A stretch of DNA of 64,000 bases from an uncultured Fibrobacterota bacterium (GCA_963729895.1 CAVSQB010000014.1:1-64000), one strand, 5' to 3'; positions 42,257 to 52,081 are shown, numbered from the stretch's first letter. Program-made: numbers and translations. The notes: generated by a model from the sequence alone, not told the origin.

Positions 42257-43312
42257 GCGCACCCTGAGCGCCGCCGACGTTTGCGCCAGCACCTCGAATA
42301 CCCTCTCCGCAAGCGGTTCGGCGAGAGATCCGGTTCCGCACGACGGCGTGACCATGCTCTGGTTGTGAATCAGTTCCCTGTCGATCCCCTTTGCCGTGAG
42401 CCCGTAAACAGCTTTGTCGTATTTCGCAACAAGCGATTCGGCGGTTTCGACGGTGATCTTTTCCGATGTGGGCACAATGCCCCAGGCGATACGGTTGCCC
42501 TGAATGAGAAACTCGCCGATCTCTTTCGCATACAGCGCAATGGATTCGCCGTAGCCGTAGGCATCGAAGTTGATGATGTCCACTCCGGCCTCGATGAGAA
42601 TCGGCCACTCGGTGTTGCCGCAACAGTGCACGCCGCATAAGGCTCCCGCGCCGTGAATAGCCTCGGCCACCTCGGCCATCGCCGCGATCACGTCATCGCG
42701 CTGGACCGAAACGTACGTGGAGGACCCGAACGCGGACAATATTGGTTCGTCAACGAAGCAGATGAGATCGTCGGCGTACGGCTTGAACAAACCAAGCTGC
42801 CACCGGCATTTTGCGGCGCACCCCTTTATGATGATGTCGCGAAACGCCTCGTTGTAGTAAATGGCGCGCTTGTTTTCATCCACAATCGACAGACCGATGG
42901 AAAGCGGGCCTGTGGTCTGAACTTTGAGCCACGACCGCTTCCCGCCGCCGACTTTTAGTTTGTCAAGCAGCGCATAAATCCCTCGTGAGAACGCCGGCGT
43001 GATCGCAAACGCTCCCCAGTCGTCGCTTTCCTGGGAGGCCATGAACCTTTCGTAAAACACGGCCATGGCCGCAGCGCTTGTGTCCTGGTCGGCAGTGTCG
43101 AAAAACATTCTTCCTTTGACCTCGTCGATAACGGCGCAGGGCAGGCCTTCGGAATACTGGATCTCCATCTGCTCGCGCAGGCCCAGCTTCGGCAGCTGCG
43201 GCCAGATGGGACAATCCGGGATGTTGTCAAGGACGAGGCTCAGGGCAGTTTCCGCGTTGGTGTGCGGCAGGCTGCCGATGGCGGTGGCAAGAAATTTTGT
43301 TTCTGCTGTCAT
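42251..43312 (-). CDS. core-MetE/MesB-like methylcobamide:homocysteine methyltransferase
   Basis: Single MetE catalytic barrel with IGSLPH, WPQLP, TGP, VDEP, HCCG, WGIVPT and TPSCG. No folate-binding N-terminal barrel. Confidence 0.85.
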   Translation of the reverse strand: MTAETKFLATAIGSLPHTNAETALSLVLDNIPDCPIWPQLPKLGLREQMEIQYSEGLPCAVIDEVKGRMFFDTADQDTSAAAMAVFYERFMASQESDDWGAFAITPAFSRGIYALLDKLKVGGGKRSWLKVQTTGPLSIGLSIVDENKRAIYYNEAFRDIIIKGCAAKCRWQLGLFKPYADDLICFVDEPILSAFGSSTYVSVQRDDVIAAMAEVAEAIHGAGALCGVHCCGNTEWPILIEAGVDIINFDAYGYGESIALYAKEIGEFLIQGNRIAWGIVPTSEKITVETAESLVAKYDKAVYGLTAKGIDRELIHNQSMVTPSCGTGSLAEPLAERVFEVLAQTSAALRVRG

Positions 43313-43364
43313 GAGTAATCCCTTTGTCAGTCGATCCGGAGGGGAAACGGCGGCTGGTTGACCC

Positions 43365-44174
43365 TCATAGCTTGTTTCTAGCCGCACTTATCAACAATCG
43401 CTCTGCTATCTTCCCGAATTCCGCCTTGAGATCATTTGTCCCCGGCATATCGAAAATCGAAGCTCCCTTGCGATCCGCGTCAATAAATCGCTCGTCAAAC
43501 GGAATCTTCCCCAGCACGTTCACCGAGGCAAACTCTTCCGACAGTAAGGCCCGCTCGTCATCGTCGTTTCTTATCTTGTTAAGAACGAACCCGAGCTTAC
43601 CGGATAGGCCTATGTCTTTCGACAGGGCGATGATCCGCCTCGCCGTCTCCGTGCTGCGTGTGCCCGGTTCCAGCACTATCACCATTGCGTCAACGCCCTG
43701 CGCGGTCGCCCTGCCAAGGTGCTCGATGCCCGGCTCCATGTCGACGACGACGGTTTCTCCTTCGTGAAGAACAAGGTGCCTGATGAGCTTCTTGAGGAAA
43801 ACGTTTTCCGGGCATGCGCAGCCGCCGCCGCCCGACTTCACCGCTCCGAGAACGAGCAGCGCGATGCCGTCGTACAACACGCCATACTTCTGTGCAATGT
43901 CGGAAACATCGGGAGACAGCGAGAACATCTGGCCCTGTCTTCCCGGACGCGCGCCCGTTCGCTGCTCGATGAGGTCGGATTCGTGAGCCAGCGGACGGAT
44001 GCGCGCTTTGAGTTCGCGCGAAAGGCCGAGGGCGGACGCAAGATTGGCGTCCGGGTCCGCATCAATTGCAACCACTTTGAATCCCTTGCTGCAGAGTACG
44101 GTGCAAAGCGCGGCCGCCAGGGTCGACTTGCCGACCCCGCCTTTTCCGGAAACTGCCACTTTGAGGCCTTTCAT
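43365..44174 (-). CDS. cooC: CooC-family Ni-insertion ATPase
   Basis: GKGGVGKS, GGGCACPEN and DMEPGIEHLGR. Confidence 0.93.
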   Translation of the reverse strand: MKGLKVAVSGKGGVGKSTLAAALCTVLCSKGFKVVAIDADPDANLASALGLSRELKARIRPLAHESDLIEQRTGARPGRQGQMFSLSPDVSDIAQKYGVLYDGIALLVLGAVKSGGGGCACPENVFLKKLIRHLVLHEGETVVVDMEPGIEHLGRATAQGVDAMVIVLEPGTRSTETARRIIALSKDIGLSGKLGFVLNKIRNDDDERALLSEEFASVNVLGKIPFDERFIDADRKGASIFDMPGTNDLKAEFGKIAERLLISAARNKL

Positions 44175-44404
44175 AGCCCGGTCCCGCTCAAAAATTAATG
44201 GTATAAAATAATTAACATTACGTTACACAGGGACCCGTATTTCCGGAATCCCCACAAAAAGTACTCACCCCTTCTTGTGGGAGATGTACTATTTTTCACT
44301 TCTTCGTGCCCCTGTGCCGGAACGTCACACGCGGGCCTTTTCGTAGGCCTTTTGTTAAGCAGAGGCCGACTCCTTTTCCAACACCGAAACCGGGAAAGAC
44401 CTTA

Positions 44405-45370
44405 ATGTTCAGACCTCAAATCAAAGTATGCGATTGCACCATCCGCGACGGCGGATTGATGAACAACTCCAAGTTCACGCTCGAGACCGTCCGCAACATC
44501 TATGCCGCCTGCAGCAGCGCGGGTGTCGACATCATCGAACTCGGGTACAGGAACAGCAGGGACCACTTCTCTCCCGACAAGTACGGCGCGTGGCGGTTCT
44601 GCGACGAGGACATGCTGAAAAAGGCCACCGATGGCATTCCCAAGACCGCCAAAGTCGCCGTGATGCAGGATGCGCATAAAGCAAGTGCTGACGACATTTT
44701 TCCAAAGTCGGAGAGCGTGGTGGACATCGTGCGCGTCGCCACCTACGTCAAGGACGTGGACAAGGCGATCGCGCTCGCGAACAACGCCACCGGCAAGGGA
44801 TACGCGGCCACCATCAATATCATGGCCATCTCGCACGTGCTTGAGCGCGACCTCGATGAGGCGCTGCAGCAGATTGAAGCGGAAACGAGCATTGTGGCGT
44901 GCTACATCGTGGACAGTTTCGGTTCGCTGTACAGCGAGGACATCGATTACCTCGTCCACAAGTTCCAGCGCTACCTCAGGACCAAGGAAATCGGCATTCA
45001 TTGCCACAACCAGATGCAGCTGGGATTTGCAAACACCATTGAAGCGATTATCAAGAACGTCAATTACCTCGACGGCACCATCTACGGCCTCGGACGCGCG
45101 GCGGGAAATTGCCCGCTCGAACTGCTCATGGGGTTCCTTAAGAACCCGAAGTTCGACATCAGCCCGATCCTCGACGTCATCGAAACCACAATACTCCCGC
45201 TTCGCAAGGATATGGAATGGGGCTACAATGTGCCCTACATGATTGCGGGCATGCTCAACATCCACCCGCTTGACGCGATGAAATACGTGGACCAGCAGCG
45301 TGACAACGGCAAGGTGGACGGCTTCGTGAAGTTCTACGAGAGGATGAGGGCGGAGGACGTTTCAACGTAG
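44405..45370 (+). CDS. DRE-TIM metallolyase (HMGL-like aldolase catalytic domain)
   Basis: DCTIRDGG, VDSFGS, HCHN and GLGRAAGN. Confidence 0.88.
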   Translation: MFRPQIKVCDCTIRDGGLMNNSKFTLETVRNIYAACSSAGVDIIELGYRNSRDHFSPDKYGAWRFCDEDMLKKATDGIPKTAKVAVMQDAHKASADDIFPKSESVVDIVRVATYVKDVDKAIALANNATGKGYAATINIMAISHVLERDLDEALQQIEAETSIVACYIVDSFGSLYSEDIDYLVHKFQRYLRTKEIGIHCHNQMQLGFANTIEAIIKNVNYLDGTIYGLGRAAGNCPLELLMGFLKNPKFDISPILDVIETTILPLRKDMEWGYNVPYMIAGMLNIHPLDAMKYVDQQRDNGKVDGFVKFYERMRAEDVST

Positions 45371-45788
45371 AAAGAATGCATCGGGTTGGTGCGCGGTGCC
45401 GCGATTGCTAAATAAGATGCTTCTGGTTTGCAGAGCCGGTGCGGCGTGGTGGATGTACCCTTGGCAATTCAAAATTAATCATTCTGGCGCCCCGCTGCTT
45501 CGCAGTGGCGGCCCTCCCCCTTCACGATCGGCCCGTCGGCCTCGGTACCGCCTGTCCCTACAGCCTTCGGCTCGGGATCAGGCGGTACTGTGCTTTACCA
45601 CACGTTCCGGTCCGGCTTGGCGCTTGGCAGAAGAGCAATTCCACAATTGTCAACGTTTTCTATGAGATAATGCATTCAAGACTTAACCTGTCCAGCGACA
45701 CTTCTTGGGTGCCCCCCAGCCGAGGATTGGATTCTCGCAAATAAACTCCCTGGGGGGTCACCCGGCTCAGCCATCCAATGCGTTTGAT

Positions 45789-46961
45789 TTATATCAAATG
45801 CCGCATGGCAAACACAAGGCGCGGAAACCTGCCAAGGCTCAGCCTGATGATCCTAGTGATGGTAAGCTTTCCCTGCGGAATTTTCGACAGTTCCGAAAAA
45901 GCCGTGTTGTAGTCGGCGTCGGGCATCTTGCTAAGTGCGCCTTTTGCACGCGACAACTTACCGTGTTTCTTCCCCAGCGCCAGATGCCACCGTCTCCGAT
46001 ACTCTTTGCAACAGGAACTCACTTGGTTCGCCGATTTCGCTCCGAGCGCCTTGAGGGCGAACGCGCCGGCCAGCTTGCCGCTTTCCAGCGCCTCAACGAT
46101 TCCGGCGCGTGTGAACGGGTTGACCGCGCTGGCAGCGTCGCCCGCCTTGAACAGCCTGCGCGCGGCGATGACCTGCGGGCGGCCTTCGCAGGGTATTGCG
46201 CCGGCCCACCGGTGCGTTATTTTCGCATTCGGAAAGTTGCGCTCGACAAGCGCGTCGAGTTTTTTCCGAATGTCACACCCGGCACGGTAGTCGCGGCCCA
46301 TCACTATCCCGATGCTTGCCGTGTTTTCCCCGCGGGGAAACGCCCATCCGTACCCGCCGGGCGCAATGTCTCTCCCGAGATAGATGTGAATGGCGTCGCG
46401 CCGGATGCCGGTGTTTTCGGCGATCACAAAATAGGCGGGCTCCAGATCGGGCGGTTTCCAGGCTATTTTCTCCTTCTTGCCGAACCCGGCCACAGGGCCG
46501 GACGCATCGATTACCACGCGGCCCAGTACGGATTGGCCGTTTGCAAAGCAGACTTGCCGCTGCGATTCCTTTTCCGGCGCGATTTCCGTCACTCGTTCGC
46601 CCAGCCGCACCTCTGCCCCGAGCGCCCTGCACTGGCCGGCCATGTCCGCTTGCATGCGCGGCCTATTGATGATACATCCCGCGTCTTGTGCAGTATGCTC
46701 GATTTTTGAACCGTTTGGGGAATGAAGCACAACCGTGCTGATGTAAAACCGCGTCCACTCCGGCCTTTCTCCCGCCGCCGCTCTGAACTGCTTTGTCCAC
46801 ACGCCTTCGGCACAGGCAATGGGCTTTTCCCATGGTACCACCTTGTCAACAAGGAGAACCGACGGTTTCGGCGCTGCCGACAGAGCCCGCAGTGCCGCGC
46901 CCAGGCCCGCGGGCCCGGCGCCGATAATGACGATGTCGAAGGTTTCTTGCATTGTTGGCAT
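45789..46961 (-). CDS. geranylgeranyl reductase-family flavoprotein
   Basis: GAGPAG, CAEG, IDASG, GGYGWAFP and GDAA..VNPFT.AGI. Confidence 0.9.
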   Translation of the reverse strand: MPTMQETFDIVIIGAGPAGLGAALRALSAAPKPSVLLVDKVVPWEKPIACAEGVWTKQFRAAAGERPEWTRFYISTVVLHSPNGSKIEHTAQDAGCIINRPRMQADMAGQCRALGAEVRLGERVTEIAPEKESQRQVCFANGQSVLGRVVIDASGPVAGFGKKEKIAWKPPDLEPAYFVIAENTGIRRDAIHIYLGRDIAPGGYGWAFPRGENTASIGIVMGRDYRAGCDIRKKLDALVERNFPNAKITHRWAGAIPCEGRPQVIAARRLFKAGDAASAVNPFTRAGIVEALESGKLAGAFALKALGAKSANQVSSCCKEYRRRWHLALGKKHGKLSRAKGALSKMPDADYNTAFSELSKIPQGKLTITRIIRLSLGRFPRLVFAMRHLI

Positions 46962-47198
46962 AATATACTTCAAGATGCGCCGCTTTGGCCCGTACTGCCG
47001 CGCGTTTCCCTCTCCGAAAAAGCCACGGATGACAGTACCTTGCGTTCGGGTTTTTTCTTGCTTTCTGAATACCGCAATAGTAAATTTTGCTTGGGTCTGT
47101 CCGGACCTGCGCGTCAATCAGCTTACGGGGCGGAATAACAGCGCGCTGGAGCCGTTGAAAAAAACGTTTTCTTAACCGATTTTTCACAGAGGTCTTCT

Positions 47199-48320
47199 AT
47201 GAACAAGATAACCGCCATCCTGATGGTATCCGCCGCAGTGGTGTTCGCCGAGGACGTGGCGGTCTTCCCGCCCGAAGGCGTCAATACCGATCGCAGTTAC
47301 ATCGACGCCTTTGGCATGGTTCTCGCCCAGAAATACGCAAAGGTATCCGGTCTCAAGGTGATGTCTCCCCTTAAAGCCGCCAAGGGCGCGCCGATCGACT
47401 CCAACCACGTCCAGGCTGCGGCAAAACTTGGCGTATCGGAATATCTTGAAATCGAGGCCGTCGGCCTGTATTTGAGCAAGAAAGAGGCAAAGGAGCTGAT
47501 TCATGATTCATCGGGCGCGACCAACGTGTACGTGAATGTTGACAACGCCAACTCCGGCGGCGGCAACGACGACCAGGAAAAGCTAGATAATCACAAGACC
47601 ATCGTCACCGTCTCCCGGGTGGATAAGAACGGCGGCGAAATTTACAAGGTGGAAATGACCTTGGTAACCTACGGCGACATAGAGGAGGCGAGCGAGCGGA
47701 TTGCCGAGGCCCTGTGGCGGAAAGTCCCGATCGAACAGACCCGCACCCTGACGAGCATCACCCGGCGCGAAGGGATGGGCAACAACCAGATGTTCAGCCT
47801 GAAGCGCAAGGGAATTAAGATCGGCGGAATCTATCCCTACGGGTGGAACTCCACGACGTTGTCGTCCATCGTCACCATCGGGTTCAGCATGCGGTTCGAC
47901 GCGGAAAAGTATTTCCTCGAGATCGGCGGAGGAGGGAAGATTCCCACGGCGATGTACACCACGTCCGCGCGGTCGTACGGAGGCGGGTATCTCGATGTGG
48001 GAGGCAACTACTATCTCAAACCCGGCAATGTGGCCTGGTACATCGGCGGCGGCGTGAGCCCCGGGATATATTTCGCAACGTCGTCGGATGCATCCCCGGG
48101 CGTGTCTTTCGCTCTCGCACCGTACCTCCAGACGGGGATCATGTTGCCCCGGATGTCCAAGACGGCATTCTACGTTGAGGTACGCGTCGCACAGCACATC
48201 ATGCCCATTACAACGACCTACCAGTCCGACAGCACCACGTTGTACGGAACAACAACGGTTTCAGGGACTCAAGTTCTCCGTCCGCTGGAGGCCGGGATAA
48301 ATTTCGGGATTTGCTGGTAG
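47199..48320 (+). CDS. secreted/outer-membrane protein with probable C-terminal beta-barrel
   Basis: Signal peptide, Gly/aromatic-rich strands, terminal W. Confidence 0.7.
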   Translation: MNKITAILMVSAAVVFAEDVAVFPPEGVNTDRSYIDAFGMVLAQKYAKVSGLKVMSPLKAAKGAPIDSNHVQAAAKLGVSEYLEIEAVGLYLSKKEAKELIHDSSGATNVYVNVDNANSGGGNDDQEKLDNHKTIVTVSRVDKNGGEIYKVEMTLVTYGDIEEASERIAEALWRKVPIEQTRTLTSITRREGMGNNQMFSLKRKGIKIGGIYPYGWNSTTLSSIVTIGFSMRFDAEKYFLEIGGGGKIPTAMYTTSARSYGGGYLDVGGNYYLKPGNVAWYIGGGVSPGIYFATSSDASPGVSFALAPYLQTGIMLPRMSKTAFYVEVRVAQHIMPITTTYQSDSTTLYGTTTVSGTQVLRPLEAGINFGICW

Positions 48321-48368
48321 GATCCGAATTGCTTTGCGCTTCCTTGTACCTTGCGTTTGGGCGCGCCC

Positions 48369-48764
48369 TTACCGGCATTGACTTTTGGGCAGCACGTAGT
48401 TTTGACCGACGTTGACGTTGTATTCCTTGCACAGTTCGCGCAGCTCGCCGTTGAGTTTCTCAAGCTCGTTGTGATAGGAATCGTCTCCCCCCTGGAATTT
48501 CTCGATGCCCTGCCGATGATTCACCGGAAATTTGTTGATCAGCGCATTCTTCCGATCGAGTTCATTAAGCCGGTTTTCGATAAGCCGGCTCTCTGTTCGG
48601 AAATCGGTATTGCCATGTTTCTTTCCGATTGGAGAGGCAGCGTCAAGCGTCCTGTGCGACATCGCGCGGGCCGGCGAGCGTTTTTGAACGCTGAGAACAA
48701 GAAGAAAGGCAAGAAGCGCCAGTTCCAGGAGGATCGGAACGGCATTGAGCGTATCTAGCGGCAT
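48369..48764 (-). CDS. hypothetical single-TM protein
   Basis: AGAGG RBS, N-terminal TM, coiled region. Confidence 0.55.
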   Translation of the reverse strand: MPLDTLNAVPILLELALLAFLLVLSVQKRSPARAMSHRTLDAASPIGKKHGNTDFRTESRLIENRLNELDRKNALINKFPVNHRQGIEKFQGGDDSYHNELEKLNGELRELCKEYNVNVGQNYVLPKSQCR

Positions 48765-48974
48765 ATTCGGCCTCTTCTTTTCCGATGCACATATCTTTGG
48801 TATTCAATAATTAGACCTTTCACACTCGTCTCTTGTTTCCGGAGGATTAAGGCGCCTTCGCAACCCCTTTCACTTTTCATGGCACTTTAGGATGTCTCAG
48901 GGTAGAATGTATTTTCCATTTGCATCAAGCCCTTGAGACGTCCTTCTTTGCTTTTCAAAGGATCCTCACTTCAC

Positions 48975-49023
48975 GCGCCCTTAGCTCAATTGGATAGAGC
49001 ATCTGGCTTCGGAACGGAAGGTC
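48975..49023 (+). pseudogene. tRNA-Arg(TCG) 5' fragment, att-like junction
   Basis: GCGCCCTTAGCTCAATTGGATAGAGCATCTGGCT-TCG-GA. The 3' anticodon stem is mismatched and there is no T-arm or 3' acceptor strand. Confidence 0.8.
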
Positions 49024-49064
49024 GAACCCCAAAAACGCAGTTCTTGTGCAAAATTTCGGCACTT

Positions 49065-50162
49065 TTACACCGCCTCCACACTTTGACGCTTCACACTCGC
49101 TTCACATTTACGAGAAAATTGGATCGTTTGCGCGCTTCTCAGGCTGTCCTTGTGCCAATAGGTCGAAAGCATTGGAGTCTTCCACCCGGCAATGTCCATA
49201 ATGGCCCGTTCGCTGTTCCCGACCATGCACAAGTCGCTTGCCGCAACGTGCCGTAGATCGTGGACACGGACATTTTGCAGGCCCGCCGTCTTTAGGCATG
49301 TGCGCCATGCGTTCTTGAAATCCCCCAGGGAATGATACCCGTCTTTCTCCTGTCGAAAGAACAACCACGGGCAACCGGCCGGGATATTCTGGAAATAGTC
49401 TTTCATTTCCTCCGGCACGGGTTTATGTATTGGTATTCCCGCCTTGCTTTTCGGCACATAGATTGTATTCGTGAAGGCGTTGTACGCTTCCCTGGGAAGG
49501 TTCACAAGTTCACCCTTCCGGCACGGCACGAGCAAGGAATACCGGACAAAGGGCAAGAGGTACGGCGCGCGCGCTTCAATGGCATTCAGAAGCCGCCCGC
49601 GTTCGTCCTCGCTCAAGTAGCGGTCCCTTGGGGTTTCCTTTGCCTTTGGAAACCGCGCCTTTGTAATGGGGTTCTCCTTGAGCAATCCAAGTGCAAGCGC
49701 GAGGTTGAAGGCCGCCCGGACATACTCAATAATCCGGTTTGCCGCCGCGTTACTCGGAAGCCGCCCCTTCTGAGGGGTGTTCTCGTACCTTTTCAACGGG
49801 GTGTTCTTGTAAAGGCGTATGTATGCCTCGAAACGGTCCGGGAAGGCACATAACGGCACCTTGCCCAAGTCCGCCGAAAGCCTTTCAAGCTGAGACACGT
49901 CACGGGGGAAAACTTTGTTCCGTTTTTCCCTGTAAATCGTGAGAAGTTCGTCAAAGGTTTGTGGTGATGTCAAAGAGCACCCGGCACCATCGCCGCGTAT
50001 TTCCCGCTTCATTTCCGCGAGCAATTCCCGCGCGCGCTCTTTGGTGCCCGTGATGGTTTCACGTAGCTGCACGATCTTTCCGTTTGCACGGACGCGAGCA
50101 ACAACGCGCCACCCATTTTCACCTACTGGCCGGAGTCCGGCCTCTCTCTTCCGGTAAATCAT
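49065..50162 (-). CDS. tyrosine recombinase/integrase
   Basis: PCRKGEL, KSK, VHDLRH, AGWK and STY catalytic set. GGAAGGA RBS. Confidence 0.93.
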   Translation of the reverse strand: MIYRKREAGLRPVGENGWRVVARVRANGKIVQLRETITGTKERARELLAEMKREIRGDGAGCSLTSPQTFDELLTIYREKRNKVFPRDVSQLERLSADLGKVPLCAFPDRFEAYIRLYKNTPLKRYENTPQKGRLPSNAAANRIIEYVRAAFNLALALGLLKENPITKARFPKAKETPRDRYLSEDERGRLLNAIEARAPYLLPFVRYSLLVPCRKGELVNLPREAYNAFTNTIYVPKSKAGIPIHKPVPEEMKDYFQNIPAGCPWLFFRQEKDGYHSLGDFKNAWRTCLKTAGLQNVRVHDLRHVAASDLCMVGNSERAIMDIAGWKTPMLSTYWHKDSLRSAQTIQFSRKCEASVKRQSVEAV

Positions 50163-50231
50163 TGCTTCATTCCTTCCGCAATGACAAACCGGACACGATA
50201 ACCACAATATACCATAAAATGCCCCGAAGTG

Positions 50232-50438
50232 CTACCTCTTGTCATAAAGCAAGCTCCCCGAAAGGAGCCGCTTTTCAATTTCCCGCACGGGATACCGCCA
50301 CAAGCGCCCCATGCGCACGCAGGGCAAACGACGCGCCGCCGTCCATTTGGTAACGGCTTTGAGGGACACGTTTACTTTTACGGCAAGCTGTCGAGCCGTT
50401 AAATATTCCGGTTCCGCCGTCGCTGTTGTCTCACTCAT
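50232..50438 (-). CDS. excisionase-like HTH protein
   Basis: YLTARQLA...LPCVRMGRLWRY. Confidence 0.88.
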   Translation of the reverse strand: MSETTATAEPEYLTARQLAVKVNVSLKAVTKWTAARRLPCVRMGRLWRYPVREIEKRLLSGSLLYDKR

Positions 50439-51196
50439 GCTGCACGCTCCTTCCCCGTTTCATCCGTTACACAATAATGTGTCTCAGAAGTGTTACACAT
50501 ATGAGTTATTATGCGTTGTGGGCGCACCCACGGAAGGAAGGTGTAGCCATTGGCGCACGCAGTGAAGGTTCCGCGTTTTCCGTGTGTCATTCTTATGAGT
50601 TCTTTTTCTTCCAGCATATTGAGTGCTCTTAGAATACTCATGAGATCAAGGTTATGGTGGAATTCTTCTAAAACGCGCGATTGCAAAGTGCGCAACCCCA
50701 CAAAGATTATCTTGCGTGCGTTCTTCTCTTTTTGAATTGCATATAGAATTTTTATTAAGCAAGCCATAAGATAGCCATGAGGCATACACTCAGTCATCAA
50801 ATAGCTATCTGCGTCTTGAAGGGAAAAAGGCAATTCTATTTCACCTTGGTAGGATGTTTCTTGAAAACCGCAACCACCGAAAAGGCAATATTCGGTAAGT
50901 GCCTTGCAGGACATTTTACAATCGTGCTTAAAAAACCAATCCACATAATCACATAGCTTTCGCCTTGCATCGCCTTCTGTAAATCTCTTGTGGTTTCTCT
51001 GGTTCCAATCCATGAGGACGCTTTTGATTTCGGCGCGGTCAATGGTGATCCGGTTCAGTTCGTAGATGATTGCCTGGCGCATTTTGCGAAAATGGTCTTC
51101 ATCGCTTGAACCATTTATGAGGGCTCCGGCAACACACGGCCGCATTTTAGATAATTTGTCGTCTGAAATCCTTGTCTCCACAATTCCTCCCTGCAT
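50435..51196 (-). CDS. putative replication protein (primase C-terminal-like, Cys-rich, plus wHTH)
   Basis: WNQRN helix motif, several Cys, C-terminal RALNMLEEKELI..G..G...NGY. Confidence 0.5.
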   Translation of the reverse strand: MQGGIVETRISDDKLSKMRPCVAGALINGSSDEDHFRKMRQAIIYELNRITIDRAEIKSVLMDWNQRNHKRFTEGDARRKLCDYVDWFFKHDCKMSCKALTEYCLFGGCGFQETSYQGEIELPFSLQDADSYLMTECMPHGYLMACLIKILYAIQKEKNARKIIFVGLRTLQSRVLEEFHHNLDLMSILRALNMLEEKELIRMTHGKRGTFTACANGYTFLPWVRPQRIITHMCNTSETHYCVTDETGKERAA

Positions 51197-51245
51197 AGGA
51201 AACCGCGAAGCTGGTGGTGCAGGCCGCCATTTTCTCCCTTGTGAG

Positions 51246-51452
51246 CTATGCCGGAATGAAACGCGCTACCGTTTTGTTGTGTTCAGCGCGTGCCTGTTCT
51301 CGGGTGATGATCTCTCGAAGCCGCTTTTCTTCCGCCCCCCAGGGCACGAAACCGCAAATTCGGGAACTTAGTTGACTGTAGGTCATTCCAAGCTGTACGG
51401 CCACGGCACGCCGATCCAGTTTCAAGCGGAGAAGCTCAACGCGATAATCCAT
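51246..51452 (-). CDS. small HTH regulator
   Basis: RRAVAVQLGMTYSQLS..ICG. GGGGG RBS. Confidence 0.7.
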   Translation of the reverse strand: MDYRVELLRLKLDRRAVAVQLGMTYSQLSSRICGFVPWGAEEKRLREIITREQARAEHNKTVARFIPA

Positions 51453-51613
51453 AATACCCCCCAAAGAAATAATTTGGTCACATTTTTGCAAATCTACCTT
51501 TGGAATTTATTGAAAATATCAATTAGCCGCTTGTCAATATTATTGGCATAAAATAAAAAACCCCGCTTCTCATAGGAGAACCAGGGTAAAAGAATTTCCG
51601 TTTTGTGGTTGTT

Positions 51614-52081
51614 TTATGGTTGTTTTTCGGGAGGGCGTCCGATTGTGATTTTCAGCTTCATTTTGATGTTGTTATTCACGAAGATTTTGTTCCCTTCCTT
51701 ACGTTCGATGCCTTTTCCTAAGAATCTTTTTTTGACCTCTCTCTGCCATGAACGGAATGAGGCCTCTTTGAATCGTTTCTTATCCCTTTTATCTATTTCG
51801 AAGGTCTCACGGTATAGATGACGGTAGCTATCATAAAGCTTCCCCGGTGGACTTTTTTTTCTGTTTTCTATTGGCTTTGTGTCTTGTTGGAATCTTCTCA
51901 TTCGCTCCTTAAATTCCTTTTGTTTTCCTTCATCTTCTTCTAAATATTGCCGATTCGCTATCGTTTGGTGGTGGACATTACGTTCAATTCCGTTTTTATC
52001 TACAAAATTTATTCTTCCCAGGGTATCAGAAGCAGGCTTTGCTGGTTCAACCGGAAGTCCAGAGGGATCGGATTCCTCCAT
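51614..52081 (-). CDS. hypothetical basic protein
   Basis: GGAGAGG RBS, open frame in AT-rich DNA, no recognisable family. Confidence 0.45.
   Translation of the reverse strand: MEESDPSGLPVEPAKPASDTLGRINFVDKNGIERNVHHQTIANRQYLEEDEGKQKEFKERMRRFQQDTKPIENRKKSPPGKLYDSYRHLYRETFEIDKRDKKRFKEASFRSWQREVKKRFLGKGIERKEGNKIFVNNNIKMKLKITIGRPPEKQP

Noticed and set aside
42251..43312. AcsE methyltransferase
   Set aside because: It has MetE-type Zn motifs (HCC, TPSCG) rather than pterin-binding barrel motifs.
45371..45788. 6S RNA, tmRNA, RNase P, SRP RNA or a known riboswitch
   Set aside because: I could not find their hallmark motifs by eye, so the region is kept only as unassigned structure.
48975..49050. 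Intact tRNA-Arg
   Set aside because: The anticodon stem does not close and the T-arm and 3' acceptor strand are absent.
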